Shown here piece by piece: positions 46,275 to 57,223 of a DNA stretch of 64,000 bases. The stretch lies in assembly GCA_026195255.1 (NCBI GenBank), contig JAPHSS010000022.1, forward strand, positions 16,599 through 80,598, given 5' to 3'. Position numbers and translations under genes: made by a program. Numbering within the stretch: the first letter of the stretch is position 1; every line of letters begins with the position of its first letter. Origin of the DNA: Gammaproteobacteria bacterium. Lineage in GTDB: Bacteria > Pseudomonadota > Gammaproteobacteria > SZUA-229. The notes under the pieces are model-generated. The model had not been told where the DNA came from. It worked only from the letters and a program-made list of their open reading frames with translations, and made no database searches.

Positions 46275-46901
46275 TTAAAAAAGTTTCTTTAATTTATCCG
46301 TAGATTCTTTAGTTTTCTCAGCTGTGTCTTGCGCCTTGTCTGCACCATCTTTTGCTTTTTCAGCTCTGCTTTTAAAATCACTACCATCATCAAGGTCTTC
46401 TACTACTTCTTCATCGAAAATAAGCTCATTACCGGAAACACGAATGACTACTGAATTTCTGAAAACATTATTCGCTACCACAGGAATAATAAGCTGATAC
46501 CTGGCATTTTTGAATTCAAGGAATTCGCCATAGAGTGCAACATATTTAGTTTTAGGGTCTAATACGAAATGTTCAGAACGTGCTTTTCCAGGATTAAAAT
46601 GTTTTAATTTATGAACCGCAATCATATCTGCACCAAGCACTTCCTTGTCGCGCTCATACAGTTCTATAAAATCGGCTTTTTTCATCATCTTTTTTGCTTT
46701 TAGCTCATACATACGTATAAACAAAGGTGACGCTTTACCCATTTCATCGGGGTTAATATCGGCATCAACCTCAAATGTAATTTCCAGGTCAGTATCGAGA
46801 CCAAAATAACCTCCAACTGCACCATTCATAGACTGGCATGCAGTGAGCACAGATAATAAAAAAGTGATTAAAGTAATTTTTACTAATTGAAAGTGTTTCA
46901 T
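46275..46901 (-). CDS. tssJ: T6SS lipoprotein TssJ
   Basis: Lipobox LTAC; DINPD..G.ASP...R.YELK; ADF..LY. Confidence 0.92.
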   Translation of the reverse strand: MKHFQLVKITLITFLLSVLTACQSMNGAVGGYFGLDTDLEITFEVDADINPDEMGKASPLFIRMYELKAKKMMKKADFIELYERDKEVLGADMIAVHKLKHFNPGKARSEHFVLDPKTKYVALYGEFLEFKNARYQLIIPVVANNVFRNSVVIRVSGNELIFDEEVVEDLDDGSDFKSRAEKAKDGADKAQDTAEKTKESTDKLKKLF

Positions 46902-46908
46902 ATAATCC

Positions 46909-48633
46909 CTATTTCTCTATATTTTTATTTTGTGACTTTCTTGCGATCGTCAATTTTTGCAATTGCTCTTCATAAGCGGATACAAATTCATCTCCGAAAA
47001 GATACTGAAATGAATTATCTATATCACCGGCAAGTTCATTGTAATACTCAAGATAGGCATCCCAGTTTTTAGCTTTTTGACTTGCAGGAATTAAGCCGGC
47101 TTTCTTTTGTTTGGCAAATCGTTGCTCCAGTAAAATCGGATCAAATCTTTCTATAACACCCTTAAATGCGGCTCGGATACCGGCGAGTATTGCAACCTGA
47201 TGTTCTGCAATGCTATCGAAACTTTCTTTTACCGCTTCAACGGGTTTTTTATATGCATTACCCTGTTTGATAAACATGTTTTCCAGCGCATCGTCTATAT
47301 TAGCTGAAAACTTTAAAGGATTATTTTCAACGGGCTGAATGGTCGTAACATTCATGCGAAATTCATTTTTTATTGAACTACGTGAGCCCAATACCTGCAT
47401 AAGACCACTAACCATTTCCCTTACGACTTCACCTACTACCAGATTAACCTGCTGGATTTCAGCATCATCCATATTCATCTGATGTAAACCCATGGCATCT
47501 ATTAAGGTAGTATCAACGGTTACCTTGCTGGGGACACCCTGTTTATGGTCTTTCATTTGTTGCTTTAGTATTTCAAGTTCTGACTCTAGTTTTTTCTGTG
47601 CTTTATGTTGAGCTAATAATACTTCATTGGCGGGTGTATCAAATTTACCAGTAAGATTATGTTGTGAAGGTACTCCAGCTGCTGGCGTTACAGGTGCCTG
47701 TAGCGGCTGTTGAAGAGGTGCTTGAGCAGCTGGCTGAATGGGCGCAGCAGGTTTAGGTACTACTGGAGGTTCAGTTAAAGGTGTTGATGGCTGTACGGGC
47801 ATGACCGGTTGAGCGGGTTGTTGAGCCTGAGCGGGAGGTGATGACATCAGGTCATCATCCCAGTCATCTGGAATGCCGCTACCCAGTGAAGGCGTTTCTG
47901 CTGTGGCATCAGGCCAGGAAATCTGCTGGTTTAACGGATCTGATTGATCAGAATGCGTCGGGCCAGCAAATGGATCACTCGAAGGTGGTGCGCTAAATGG
48001 ATCAGCTGAAGCCCCAAAAATGTCGCCACCAGGCGCCTTGCTAAACGGGTCGTTGACAACGCCAGGAATACCACTGCCGAGACTTCCACCCTGTGCTTTA
48101 TCAAGTGCAGCCAAAGGATCGGTTTCTTCCGTATTAGAGCCAAATAAGGAGTCGCTGCTAGAGACGTGGCCGCCACCAAATGGATTAGCATCACTTTGCC
48201 CGAAACCATTGTCAGGTGCTGGTGATGAAAATATATCATCCATTGAGTTATTGTTTGCAGGGGTATTGCTAGCAAATGGATCTGCTGATCCAGCAAAAGC
48301 TGAAGATTGTGCAGCTGAGATACTAATAGCGAATGCGTAATCACCTAAAACAAAACTGTCACCTTCGTTTAAAGGTAACCTGCTTCCTTTGCCCATAGGG
48401 TTTACTGAACCGTTTAAAAAGGTGCCGTTTGTGCTTGTATCTGTGATATAAAACTGGCCATTTTCACAACTAAACTGACAATGGCTGGATGATAAAAAGC
48501 GTTCCGGGTCATCTAACACCCAGTTATTATTCTTTCCGCGACCAAGAGTTCCACCCTGCTCATCAAATGTCTTTGAAGATTCAGTGATGTTCGCAGAATC
48601 GGGGGAATGGGTAATGGTAACTGTTAATGGCAT
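46909..48633 (-). CDS. tagH: T6SS FHA-domain protein TagH/Fha
   Basis: FHA: G.LGR...N.W.L.DP...S..HC, D.STNGTF.N; DPL/DPF linker; IPDDW; K.EFR...TTI...ENNPLKFS; FG.EF..AYE.Q. Confidence 0.94.
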   Translation of the reverse strand: MPLTVTITHSPDSANITESSKTFDEQGGTLGRGKNNNWVLDDPERFLSSSHCQFSCENGQFYITDTSTNGTFLNGSVNPMGKGSRLPLNEGDSFVLGDYAFAISISAAQSSAFAGSADPFASNTPANNNSMDDIFSSPAPDNGFGQSDANPFGGGHVSSSDSLFGSNTEETDPLAALDKAQGGSLGSGIPGVVNDPFSKAPGGDIFGASADPFSAPPSSDPFAGPTHSDQSDPLNQQISWPDATAETPSLGSGIPDDWDDDLMSSPPAQAQQPAQPVMPVQPSTPLTEPPVVPKPAAPIQPAAQAPLQQPLQAPVTPAAGVPSQHNLTGKFDTPANEVLLAQHKAQKKLESELEILKQQMKDHKQGVPSKVTVDTTLIDAMGLHQMNMDDAEIQQVNLVVGEVVREMVSGLMQVLGSRSSIKNEFRMNVTTIQPVENNPLKFSANIDDALENMFIKQGNAYKKPVEAVKESFDSIAEHQVAILAGIRAAFKGVIERFDPILLEQRFAKQKKAGLIPASQKAKNWDAYLEYYNELAGDIDNSFQYLFGDEFVSAYEEQLQKLTIARKSQNKNIEK

Positions 48634-48978
48634 CTACTATATCGTCCTGACAATTTATTTAAATCTTTAATTAATGTACTGCTAGCTTAAACAATTATAA
48701 ACCATTAAAAACTATTAAGTTAATCAGTCTATTGTAGCCTTTCAAAATATGAAAACCAGACCAGATGTTAAATCTTACCCATAGATTGTTGATCTTCCAA
48801 GTAATTGAGGTTATTTCTTAAACTTTTTTTTAAGTTATGCCCATAAATCACGCTGTTAGCTTTACATAAGCAATTCAATACCTTATAACTATATAGCTTA
48901 TGTGTGTCGAAATCGATCTACATAAGTCTTTGCTAATATAATTTATGAAATAATCTTACGCATAAGGAAGAACTATAA

Positions 48979-50097
48979 ATGGCGTCAGAAGAAATAATAC
49001 AGCTGGAAAGCTTATTGCAACCGATATCAGAAGATAATCCGGTTGGCGAAGATATTCGTGAAGACTCATCCCCCACATCACCCTATTACTCTATCAAAGA
49101 TGCTCGAAATGCTGCACGCGCAGCAGAACGAAATAACATGTTTGATGGTGACAGTAGTGAGGCCGATGATCAGTGGCGAAAAATTCTCGATTTAGCTCCA
49201 GATATCTTACAAAATAATGCCAAAGACCTTGAAGTTGCCAGTTGGTATACAGAAGCCCTTGTGCGTCGTTATGGCTTTCAGGGCGTGCGTGACGGTTTCA
49301 AGTTAATCCATGGCTTAATTGACCAGTACTGGGATACCCTCTACCCGCTTCCTGATGAAGACGGCGTAGAAACCCGTGTTGCATCACTTACCGGCTTAAA
49401 TGGTGAAGGTGCTGAAGGTGTATTAATTGCGCCTATTCGTAATATTGAAATTACCCAGGGCAATGAACCAGGTCCATTTAGTTTCTGGAAATATCAACAG
49501 GCGCTTGATGTAGAAAAAATTATTGATGAAGAAGCAAAAGCGGATAAAGCATCTAAATTAGGATTTAGTAATGAAGATGTTGAGCAGGCGGTTGCCGAGT
49601 CCAGTGACGATTTCTTTGTTAACTTACGTGATGACATCACCGTATCTATCGATACCTTTAAACAAATCGGTACTATGCTTGATGAATATTGCGGAATAAA
49701 TGATGCACCCCCCATTAGTAATATTGTGAATATTCTTGGTGATTGCCTGGGTGCCGTCAATCATATTGGTAAATATAAAATGCCTTCTGACGAGGCAGCA
49801 GAAGGAAACGCTGATGAAGCAGATGATGATTCAGCTGCGTCTTCTGAGTCGGGCGGTCAGGTGCAACAGGCATCAGGTCCTGTTAGGTCGCGGGAAGATG
49901 CATTTAAAAAACTCATAGAAATTTCTGAGTTTTTCCGTAAAACAGAACCACATTCGCCAATTTCATATATACTAATGCGAGCGGTAAAATGGGGCGATAT
50001 GCCACTGGATGACCTGATGAAAGAATTAATACCAGACTCTTCTGCAAGAGACTTTTATGGTTCTTTAACAGGTGTTAAAACTGAAGACGAATATTAA
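48979..50097 (+). CDS. tssA: T6SS TssA (ImpA family)
   Basis: LL.PIS.DNP.G.D.R, KDL....W, YWD.LYP, SREDA...L....FF..TEPHSP...L.RA..WG. Confidence 0.95.
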   Translation: MASEEIIQLESLLQPISEDNPVGEDIREDSSPTSPYYSIKDARNAARAAERNNMFDGDSSEADDQWRKILDLAPDILQNNAKDLEVASWYTEALVRRYGFQGVRDGFKLIHGLIDQYWDTLYPLPDEDGVETRVASLTGLNGEGAEGVLIAPIRNIEITQGNEPGPFSFWKYQQALDVEKIIDEEAKADKASKLGFSNEDVEQAVAESSDDFFVNLRDDITVSIDTFKQIGTMLDEYCGINDAPPISNIVNILGDCLGAVNHIGKYKMPSDEAAEGNADEADDDSAASSESGGQVQQASGPVRSREDAFKKLIEISEFFRKTEPHSPISYILMRAVKWGDMPLDDLMKELIPDSSARDFYGSLTGVKTEDEY

Positions 50098-50119
50098 TAA
50101 AATTAAAGAGGACTAAATC

Positions 50120-50638
50120 ATGTCTGAAAGTATTCATGACAAACTAAAAAGAGTAAGGAAGCCCCGTGTTCACATCACCTACGATGTAGAAACTAATGGT
50201 GCAGTCCAGAATAAAGAGATTCCATTTGTAATGGGAGTAATGGGTGATTATTCAGGTGATAACACTGAAAATAAAAAAGCCCTGAAAGACCGTAAATTCT
50301 CACAGGTAGACCGTGATAACTTTAACGAAGTTATGAACAATGTTTCACCCCAGGTAAATATGAAAGTAGATAATACCCTGGAAGGTGATGGCAGCGAAAT
50401 GTCAGTAGAACTGGGTTTCAAGAGCATGGAAGACTTTGAGCCACAAAACATTGTTGAAAAAGTAGACCCTCTTAAGAAGTTAATGGAAACACGAAATAAA
50501 CTGCGTGACCTGTTAACTAAAGCCGATCGGTCAGAAGATCTGGAAAACTTATTAGAAGAGGTTTTAAGTAATGCTGACTCTCTAGCATCTTTGCAGGGTG
50601 AGCTGGGTTCAGATGATGATAAGAAAGGTGATGAATAA
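50120..50638 (+). CDS. tssB: T6SS sheath small subunit TssB
   Basis: [35 protein letters not shown]. Confidence 0.97.
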   Translation: MSESIHDKLKRVRKPRVHITYDVETNGAVQNKEIPFVMGVMGDYSGDNTENKKALKDRKFSQVDRDNFNEVMNNVSPQVNMKVDNTLEGDGSEMSVELGFKSMEDFEPQNIVEKVDPLKKLMETRNKLRDLLTKADRSEDLENLLEEVLSNADSLASLQGELGSDDDKKGDE

Positions 50639-52128
50639 TGAGCGATACAGAGAAAGAATCGCAAGCCGCCGAAGCGCAAGCTGAAGAACAGGTCAGTTTT
50701 CTTGAGCAGGCAATAACTGCGACTAAACAGACTTCACGTGATGAAACTGAAGACCTTTTAAAAGCACTAACACAAGAAGCAATGGATGGAACAGTTAAAT
50801 GGGATAAAAACCTGACTGTTACTATCAATAATGCGATTGCTGCAATTGATAAAGTTATGTCAACTCAGTTATCTGCCATTATGCAAAATGAGAAATTTCA
50901 GAAACTGGAAGGCTCATGGCGCGGATTAAATCATCTGGTAATGAATTCTGAAACCAGTACAGATTTAAAAATTCGTGTAATGAATATCAGTAAAAAAGAG
51001 TTAAGTAAAGATCTTGAAAAAGCAGTTGAGTTTGACCAGAGTCAGATTTTCAAGAAAATTTATGAAAGTGAATTCGGTACTGCTGGTGGTGAGCCTTATG
51101 CTGCATTAATCGGCGACTTTGAATTTTCAGGTCACCCAGATGATTTAGATATGTTAACCAGCATGTCTAATGTAGCCGCAGCTGGCTTCTGCCCTTTCGT
51201 TTCTGCTGCCGACCCTAAGATGTTTGGCTTTGATAGTTTCACAGAATTATCAAAACCTCGTGATCTTGAAAAGATTTTTGATTCAGCTGAATACACAAAA
51301 TGGCGTAGTTTCCGCGACAGCGAAGACTCACGTTTTGTTACACTTACAATGCCTCGCGTTCTTGCTCGACTACCATACGGCGCTGCAACCAAGCCGGTTG
51401 AAGCATTTAACTTTGAAGAAGCCTCGCTTGATTCAGATGGTCGCCAGTTAGAAAGTGATCACGATGAATATTGCTGGATGAATGCCGCTTATGCAATGGG
51501 TACAACTCTTACTCAGTCTTATGCAGAATATGGCTGGTGTACAAGTATTCGTGGTGCTGAAGGTGGTGGTAAAGTTGAAGGTTTGCCAAGTCACACATTT
51601 GTGAGTGATGATGGTGATGTTGATGCTAAATGCCCAACAGAAATTGGTATAACTGACCGTCGTGAAGCTGAATTAAGTAAACTGGGCTTCCTGCCATTAT
51701 GTCATTATAAAAATACAGACTACGCAGTATTCTTTGGTGCACAAACGACTCAGAAACCTAAAAAGTTTGATGACCCATCTGCCACAGCAAACGCTGAGAT
51801 TTCAGCACGTTTACCTTACATAATGGCAACCTCACGCATTGCACACTTTTTGAAAGTGATGGCACGTGACAAGATCGGTTCATTTATGGAAGCCAGCGAT
51901 GCTGAAGAATGGTTAAATCGCTGGATTTCTGGTTATGTAAATGCAAGCCCTGGAGCAAGTGCCGAAATGAAAGCACGCTTCCCATTAGCTGAGGCCAGCA
52001 TAGAAGTAAAAGAAACACCTGGTCAACCAGGGTCATATAGTGCAGTTGCTTATATGCGTCCATGGTTACAGATGGAAGAGCTAAGTGCATCTATGCGCAT
52101 GGTAGCAAGTATTCCAAAAGCAGGTTAA
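50638..52128 (+). CDS. tssC: T6SS sheath large subunit TssC (copy 1)
   Basis: [58 protein letters not shown]. Confidence 0.97.
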   Translation: MSDTEKESQAAEAQAEEQVSFLEQAITATKQTSRDETEDLLKALTQEAMDGTVKWDKNLTVTINNAIAAIDKVMSTQLSAIMQNEKFQKLEGSWRGLNHLVMNSETSTDLKIRVMNISKKELSKDLEKAVEFDQSQIFKKIYESEFGTAGGEPYAALIGDFEFSGHPDDLDMLTSMSNVAAAGFCPFVSAADPKMFGFDSFTELSKPRDLEKIFDSAEYTKWRSFRDSEDSRFVTLTMPRVLARLPYGAATKPVEAFNFEEASLDSDGRQLESDHDEYCWMNAAYAMGTTLTQSYAEYGWCTSIRGAEGGGKVEGLPSHTFVSDDGDVDAKCPTEIGITDRREAELSKLGFLPLCHYKNTDYAVFFGAQTTQKPKKFDDPSATANAEISARLPYIMATSRIAHFLKVMARDKIGSFMEASDAEEWLNRWISGYVNASPGASAEMKARFPLAEASIEVKETPGQPGSYSAVAYMRPWLQMEELSASMRMVASIPKAG

Positions 52129-52148
52129 TACTTAAAACTATGTGTTAT

Positions 52149-52186
52149 AAGAAACCGTATCTAACCAGATACGGTTTCTTTTTCTT
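52149..52186 (+). terminator. Rho-independent terminator between tssC copies
   Basis: aagaaaccgtatct-aacc-agatacggtttctt followed by tttctt. Confidence 0.85.
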
Positions 52187-52221
52187 ACAGTACTAGAAAC
52201 TTAATTCAAATCGGTATATGA

Positions 52222-53718
52222 ATGTCCAGGGAAAAGACGACAGATTCAGAAGTTAATCTAGATAGCCTATTTTCAAAATCGGCTTATATCACTAATGTTC
52301 AACAATTTTTAAATGAAATTGATTATATAAAAGCACTCGCCTACTGGTTAACAGAATTCACACCGATTGAAAGTCTTAAAGAACCTGAAGATATAATTGA
52401 TGCAATTCATCGTTCAATTTCAGATATTGATCATATGATAAATGATCAGGTCAATATGATTCTGCATCACAAACGATTTCAAAAACTGGAAGCTTCATGG
52501 AGAGGCCTCTGGTATTTAGCTGTACAGGCTGATGGCACAAAAAATATTAAAATTAAATTATTTAATGCAACCTGGTCAGAAATATCCAGAGATATATCTC
52601 GTGCATTAGAGTTCGATCAGAGTCAGTTATTTCAAAAAGTCTACAATGAAGAATATGGTACACCGGGTGGTGAGCCCTATGGTGTATTGATTGGCGATTA
52701 TGAAGTTAGTCATAAACCATCTAAAGAGCATAAACATGATGATATCGCTACACTTAATGGCATTGCACAAGTTGCCGCTGCTTCATTCTCGCCTTTTATA
52801 ACCGGCGCTTCACCTGAGTTATTCGGTTTAGATGATTTTTCCACATTAGGTAATCCGCTTAATTTACACAGTATTTTTGCACAGAAAGAATATATAAAAT
52901 GGCGTGCCTTTAGAGATAGAAAAGACTCCCAGTTTATTGGTTTAACTATGCCGCATATTTTAATGCGACTACCCTATAGAAAAACCCCTGGCAGTTATAA
53001 AGGTATGTTTTTCTATGAGCAGGTAGCCACCAACCAGCGCGAAAATTACTGTTGGGGCAATGCGGCTTATGGTTTTGCGGGTATTATGATTCGTGAATTT
53101 GCCAATGTCGGCTGGTTTGGTCATATACGTGGAGTTCCACGTAACCAGGTAGGGGGTGGTTTATTAACTAACCTGCCCTGTGACTCTTTTGAAACAGATG
53201 CTGAAGATATTGCAATTAAACCGGTTACTGATGTCATAATTACTGATGTACGTGAGCGCGAACTTAGCGACCTGGGATTTATACCTTTATGCCAATGTTA
53301 CGATACACCCTTTGCAGCATTTTATGGCAATCAGTCTGCGCATAAACCCGCAAGGCAATCAAGCCGTGAAGCTGAAGTTAATGCTCGATTGTCAGCCATG
53401 TTGCAACATGTATTATGTGGCGCACGTGTTGCACACTATATTAAAGTCATGATTCGAGATAAAGTTGGTTCGTTCACCACCGCAGATGAATGTGAAGATT
53501 TTTTACGTGACTGGTTATTTAAATATACGACTGGTCGCGAAGATTTAGAATGGGAAGAACAGGCGCGTTACCCATTACGCGAAGCAGCCGTGAGAGTTAA
53601 GGAACACCCTGAAAAACCGGGTGATTTTGTGTGTGTTATACATTTACGGCCTCACTACCAGTTAGACCATATGGTTTCAGAACTTGAACTGGTTACTGAG
53701 CTGGCCCAGTCTGCTTAA
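52222..53718 (+). CDS. tssC: T6SS sheath large subunit TssC, divergent second copy
   Basis: FQKLEASWRGL, EFDQS, EEYGTPGGEPYG, GWFGHIRG, RVAHYIKV..RDKVGS, PL....V, L.PHYQL. Confidence 0.92.
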   Translation: MSREKTTDSEVNLDSLFSKSAYITNVQQFLNEIDYIKALAYWLTEFTPIESLKEPEDIIDAIHRSISDIDHMINDQVNMILHHKRFQKLEASWRGLWYLAVQADGTKNIKIKLFNATWSEISRDISRALEFDQSQLFQKVYNEEYGTPGGEPYGVLIGDYEVSHKPSKEHKHDDIATLNGIAQVAAASFSPFITGASPELFGLDDFSTLGNPLNLHSIFAQKEYIKWRAFRDRKDSQFIGLTMPHILMRLPYRKTPGSYKGMFFYEQVATNQRENYCWGNAAYGFAGIMIREFANVGWFGHIRGVPRNQVGGGLLTNLPCDSFETDAEDIAIKPVTDVIITDVRERELSDLGFIPLCQCYDTPFAAFYGNQSAHKPARQSSREAEVNARLSAMLQHVLCGARVAHYIKVMIRDKVGSFTTADECEDFLRDWLFKYTTGREDLEWEEQARYPLREAAVRVKEHPEKPGDFVCVIHLRPHYQLDHMVSELELVTELAQSA

Positions 53719-53757
53719 TGTTGTTAACAGGAAAACGATTTAATTAGGTTATAAATT

Positions 53758-54255
53758 TTGGCAAGAGTAGATAAAAAGAAAAAACTACGGCCTTCTATAC
53801 TGGATCGTTTATTTGATAATGATCCAGATAACAATGTGGAAGTTGATCCTGACCAGCACCAGAAGTTAAAAGACCTTCGTGGTAGTGTGCGTCGTGATCT
53901 GGAAAATTTACTGAATACTCGTTATAGAATGATAGAGCCAGAAAGTGATTATAGAGAAATACAAAGCTCACTTTTGAACTATGGCCTACCTGATTTGGCG
54001 ACAGTTAATATTTCAGATAAAGAAAAACGTAAAGATTTTATACAACATATGGAAATGGTTCTCATTGAGTATGAACCCAGGTTTAAAACAGTAAAAGTCA
54101 GGTATATGGAAAATTCAGATTCACTCGATCGCACCTTAAGATTTAGAATTGATGCGACTTTATATGCGGATCCATCTCCAGAAATAGTGGTGTTTGATTC
54201 AATTTTAGAGCCCGTTACACGCACGGTTAATGTAGAGGAGACAAGTCATGGCTGA
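53758..54255 (+). CDS. tssE: T6SS baseplate subunit TssE
   Basis: PSILDRL.D, V.RDLE.LLNTR, S.LNYGLPD, YEPR. Confidence 0.95.
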   Translation: MARVDKKKKLRPSILDRLFDNDPDNNVEVDPDQHQKLKDLRGSVRRDLENLLNTRYRMIEPESDYREIQSSLLNYGLPDLATVNISDKEKRKDFIQHMEMVLIEYEPRFKTVKVRYMENSDSLDRTLRFRIDATLYADPSPEIVVFDSILEPVTRTVNVEETSHG

Positions 54256-56083
54256 TGAACTACTTCCCTACTATGAAAAAGAGTTAGCGTTTATTCGTCA
54301 AATGGGTTCAGAGTTTGCAAGTGAGCATCCAAAGATTGCAGGTCGGCTGGGTATTAATGCTGAAACAATTGAAGACCCTCATGTATCACGCTTAATTGAA
54401 GGTTTTGCTTATCTAAATGCACGTATTCAACATAAACTTGATGATGATTTTCCCGAGTTAAGTGATGCGATATTAGAAGTACTCTTTCCGCATTATCAGC
54501 GCCCTATTCCTTCAATGAGCATTATTCAGTTTGTGCCAGATGAAGAAAAACTTGAAGCGACCTTTCGTTTACCAGCAAAGACCCTGCTGGAAACAGAACA
54601 GTTTGCAGGAGAAACCTGTCGTTTTTCAGCAATATATGAAACTCAGTTACATCCTTTTAAGCTAACACAGGCTAATTTAATTGGGCGACCGTTTACAACT
54701 CCAGGTTCAGACAACCTTAAAGGCTCTGCAGGTGTATTAAAGCTGTCTCTAAAAACATTCAATGAAGATATTACTTTTTTTGAAAACAAACCAGATAGTA
54801 TTCGCTTTTATTTAAAGGGTCAGCCGCAGCATATTAACCCGCTTTATGAATTATTATTGAATAATTGTCAGGCCGTGGTTATGACTAAATCAGAATCGGA
54901 TTCAAACCCGGTTCGTTTACCTGCCAATATAATTAAACCGGTTGGCTTTGAAATAAAAGATGGTTTATTGCCCTACCCTGACACGTCTTTTATGGGTTAT
55001 CGCTTACTTACAGAATATTTTACTTTTCCTGAAAAATTTATGTTTATCGAACTTCTGGGCTTTGCCGATAAAATTCCTGATGACGCACTTGATACACTGA
55101 ATTTTTATATCTACCTTGGTGAGTCTGATGTTGAACTAGAGCATAATATATCTGCTGAAACTTTTCAGATGGGCTGTTCACCCGCAGTTAACCTGTTCGA
55201 TCACAGAACAGATCCCATAAAGCTTGATCACACTTCAACTGAGTATCAGATTATTCCTGATGCAAGAAGGCCTTCAGGATATGAAGTTTATTCTGTTGAT
55301 AAGGTAACCGCCTCTACATCTGCAGGAGACAAAGAGACCTATTTACCTCTATATGGAATAAACCATGAGAGTCATGATCAGGAAAATCATGCTTACTGGT
55401 TCACTCAGCGACGTAATGCCAAAATGGGTACATATTTAAGAGATGATGGAAGTGATGTTTTTTTAAGTCTGGTTGATTTGTATTTTAATCCAAATAATCC
55501 TGATGATCGCACATTAAGCATGCAAACAACCTGCAGCAATCGAGATCAACCTTCAAAGTTACCCTTTTCTGCAGATCAACCTAAATTACAATGCATAGAT
55601 AGTGCACCACCCTGTGAAAAAATCCGTTGTGTTACGCAACCCAGTGCTACGGTACGTCCATCAATGCGTAATAATGCAAGATGGCGTTTAATATCACATT
55701 TGAGTTTAAATCATTTATCTATTACGGGTAGAGATGATGCGACAAATGCATTAAAAGAAATTTTACGTTTATATGACTTTAAAGAATCATCTGTAAATCG
55801 AGCGCAGATAGAATCAATAGTGAGTGTGAATACCCGTGCTATAAGCGCACCACTGACAATTGATGGTAGAGCGACACTTTGTCGAGGCATGGAAATTGAA
55901 ATTGAATTAGATGATTCTCAATTAACGGGTAGTAGTAGTTATCTGTTTGCTACAGTGCTTGAGCATTTCTTTGCGCTGTATTGTTCAATTAATTCATTTA
56001 CACGTGTGTTAGTAAAATTAAAAAGTAAAGAAGGTTACCTTAAAAAATGTCCACCAAGGGCTGGCGAAAAAATACTTCTATAA
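54248..56083 (+). CDS. tssF: T6SS baseplate subunit TssF
   Basis: YYE.EL..IR..G.EFA..HP.IA.RL, DPHV.RLIEGFA, GYRLL.EYF.FPEKF.F, P.VNLF, WRLISHLSLN.LS, INSFT. Confidence 0.97.
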   Translation: MADELLPYYEKELAFIRQMGSEFASEHPKIAGRLGINAETIEDPHVSRLIEGFAYLNARIQHKLDDDFPELSDAILEVLFPHYQRPIPSMSIIQFVPDEEKLEATFRLPAKTLLETEQFAGETCRFSAIYETQLHPFKLTQANLIGRPFTTPGSDNLKGSAGVLKLSLKTFNEDITFFENKPDSIRFYLKGQPQHINPLYELLLNNCQAVVMTKSESDSNPVRLPANIIKPVGFEIKDGLLPYPDTSFMGYRLLTEYFTFPEKFMFIELLGFADKIPDDALDTLNFYIYLGESDVELEHNISAETFQMGCSPAVNLFDHRTDPIKLDHTSTEYQIIPDARRPSGYEVYSVDKVTASTSAGDKETYLPLYGINHESHDQENHAYWFTQRRNAKMGTYLRDDGSDVFLSLVDLYFNPNNPDDRTLSMQTTCSNRDQPSKLPFSADQPKLQCIDSAPPCEKIRCVTQPSATVRPSMRNNARWRLISHLSLNHLSITGRDDATNALKEILRLYDFKESSVNRAQIESIVSVNTRAISAPLTIDGRATLCRGMEIEIELDDSQLTGSSSYLFATVLEHFFALYCSINSFTRVLVKLKSKEGYLKKCPPRAGEKILL

Positions 56084-57162
56084 CTCGAAAGCTAACTGAG
56101 TCACCTTTCGAGTTTCAGTTTCTACAGGCTGTTCGTCTGTTGGAACGTTCTGCTGTGTTTGAAAAAGAAGCTGCACAATCTAATATTGGCATCAATCCAA
56201 TTGCCAGGTTCACGCCTCCTGGGAGTGAGTCAATAAGATTTAAAACCAATCAGTCTTTAGCTTTTTTCTCATCAGAAGTAGATGAAATACAAAGAGTTGA
56301 TAGGAATTCTGGTGCAGCTCAGTGGGAAATGCTTGTAAACCTGATGGGCTTAACCGGTTCTATGGGTGTGCTTCCCTATCATTACACTGAGCTTATTCTC
56401 AAAAGGCAGAAACTGAAAGATGAAACAATGGAGGTTTTCTTTGATTTATTTAATCATCGAATACTGTCTTTATTTTTTCAGGCATCGGTTAAATATAACT
56501 TACCGTTACATTATGAGCGTAATCGTTTACATCATTCAGTAAAAAACCAGTATGAGCCTCAAACAAGAGCATTGCTGTCATTAATTGGTATGGGTACAGA
56601 AGGTTTAACTAATCGCCTTTATACAAAAGATGAGTCACTGGTTTATTACAGTGGCTTATTAACTCAAAAAGTACGTACTGCAACAGGCTTGCAACAAATA
56701 TTAAAATCACACTTCAATATTCCCGTTGAAATAGATCAATTTGTTGGTCAATGGCAAGATTTAATTGATGATGTTCGCACCAGGTTACCTGATTTCAATA
56801 ATCTAACTGGCAGAAATGTCTGTTTAGGCCGTTCAGCTATGTTAGGTAAAAGAGGCTGGTTTGCTCAGGGTAAAATTCATATCATATTAGGGCCATTAAA
56901 TAAAAAGCAATTATCTACTTTTGCACCAGGCACCTTTGCATTAAAAGCACTTAATGAACTAGTTCGTATGTATGTGGGTATGGAAAATGATTACGACTTT
57001 ATAATACGTATTAAACGAAGTGACATACCTGAAAAAATTCAATTAGGTAAAAAAGAACCCGCCATAATTGGCTGGAATACCTGGTTAACTAATAAACTAG
57101 CCGAGTTTGACGATAGAAATAAAACAATTGATATTTCTGTTTCAGCAAGTCGACTGGGCTAA
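56047..57162 (+). CDS. tssG: T6SS baseplate subunit TssG
   Basis: F.F.QAVRLLE, GL.G..G.LP.HYTE, F.DLFNHR...LF, QF.G.W, I.LGPL, GWNTWL. Confidence 0.96.
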   Translation: MSTKGWRKNTSITRKLTESPFEFQFLQAVRLLERSAVFEKEAAQSNIGINPIARFTPPGSESIRFKTNQSLAFFSSEVDEIQRVDRNSGAAQWEMLVNLMGLTGSMGVLPYHYTELILKRQKLKDETMEVFFDLFNHRILSLFFQASVKYNLPLHYERNRLHHSVKNQYEPQTRALLSLIGMGTEGLTNRLYTKDESLVYYSGLLTQKVRTATGLQQILKSHFNIPVEIDQFVGQWQDLIDDVRTRLPDFNNLTGRNVCLGRSAMLGKRGWFAQGKIHIILGPLNKKQLSTFAPGTFALKALNELVRMYVGMENDYDFIIRIKRSDIPEKIQLGKKEPAIIGWNTWLTNKLAEFDDRNKTIDISVSASRLG

Positions 57163-57223
57163 ATTTTTTAAAAATTAATTATAACTTAACATATAAAAAT
57201 AAATATAAGAGAAGGAAATTGAG

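Noticed and set aside
48634-48978. Sigma-54 promoter for the divergent T6SS operons
   Set aside because: Best candidate on the minus strand (GG-TATTGAATT-GC) has 9 rather than 10 nt between GG and GC; no enhancer-binding protein gene in the locus
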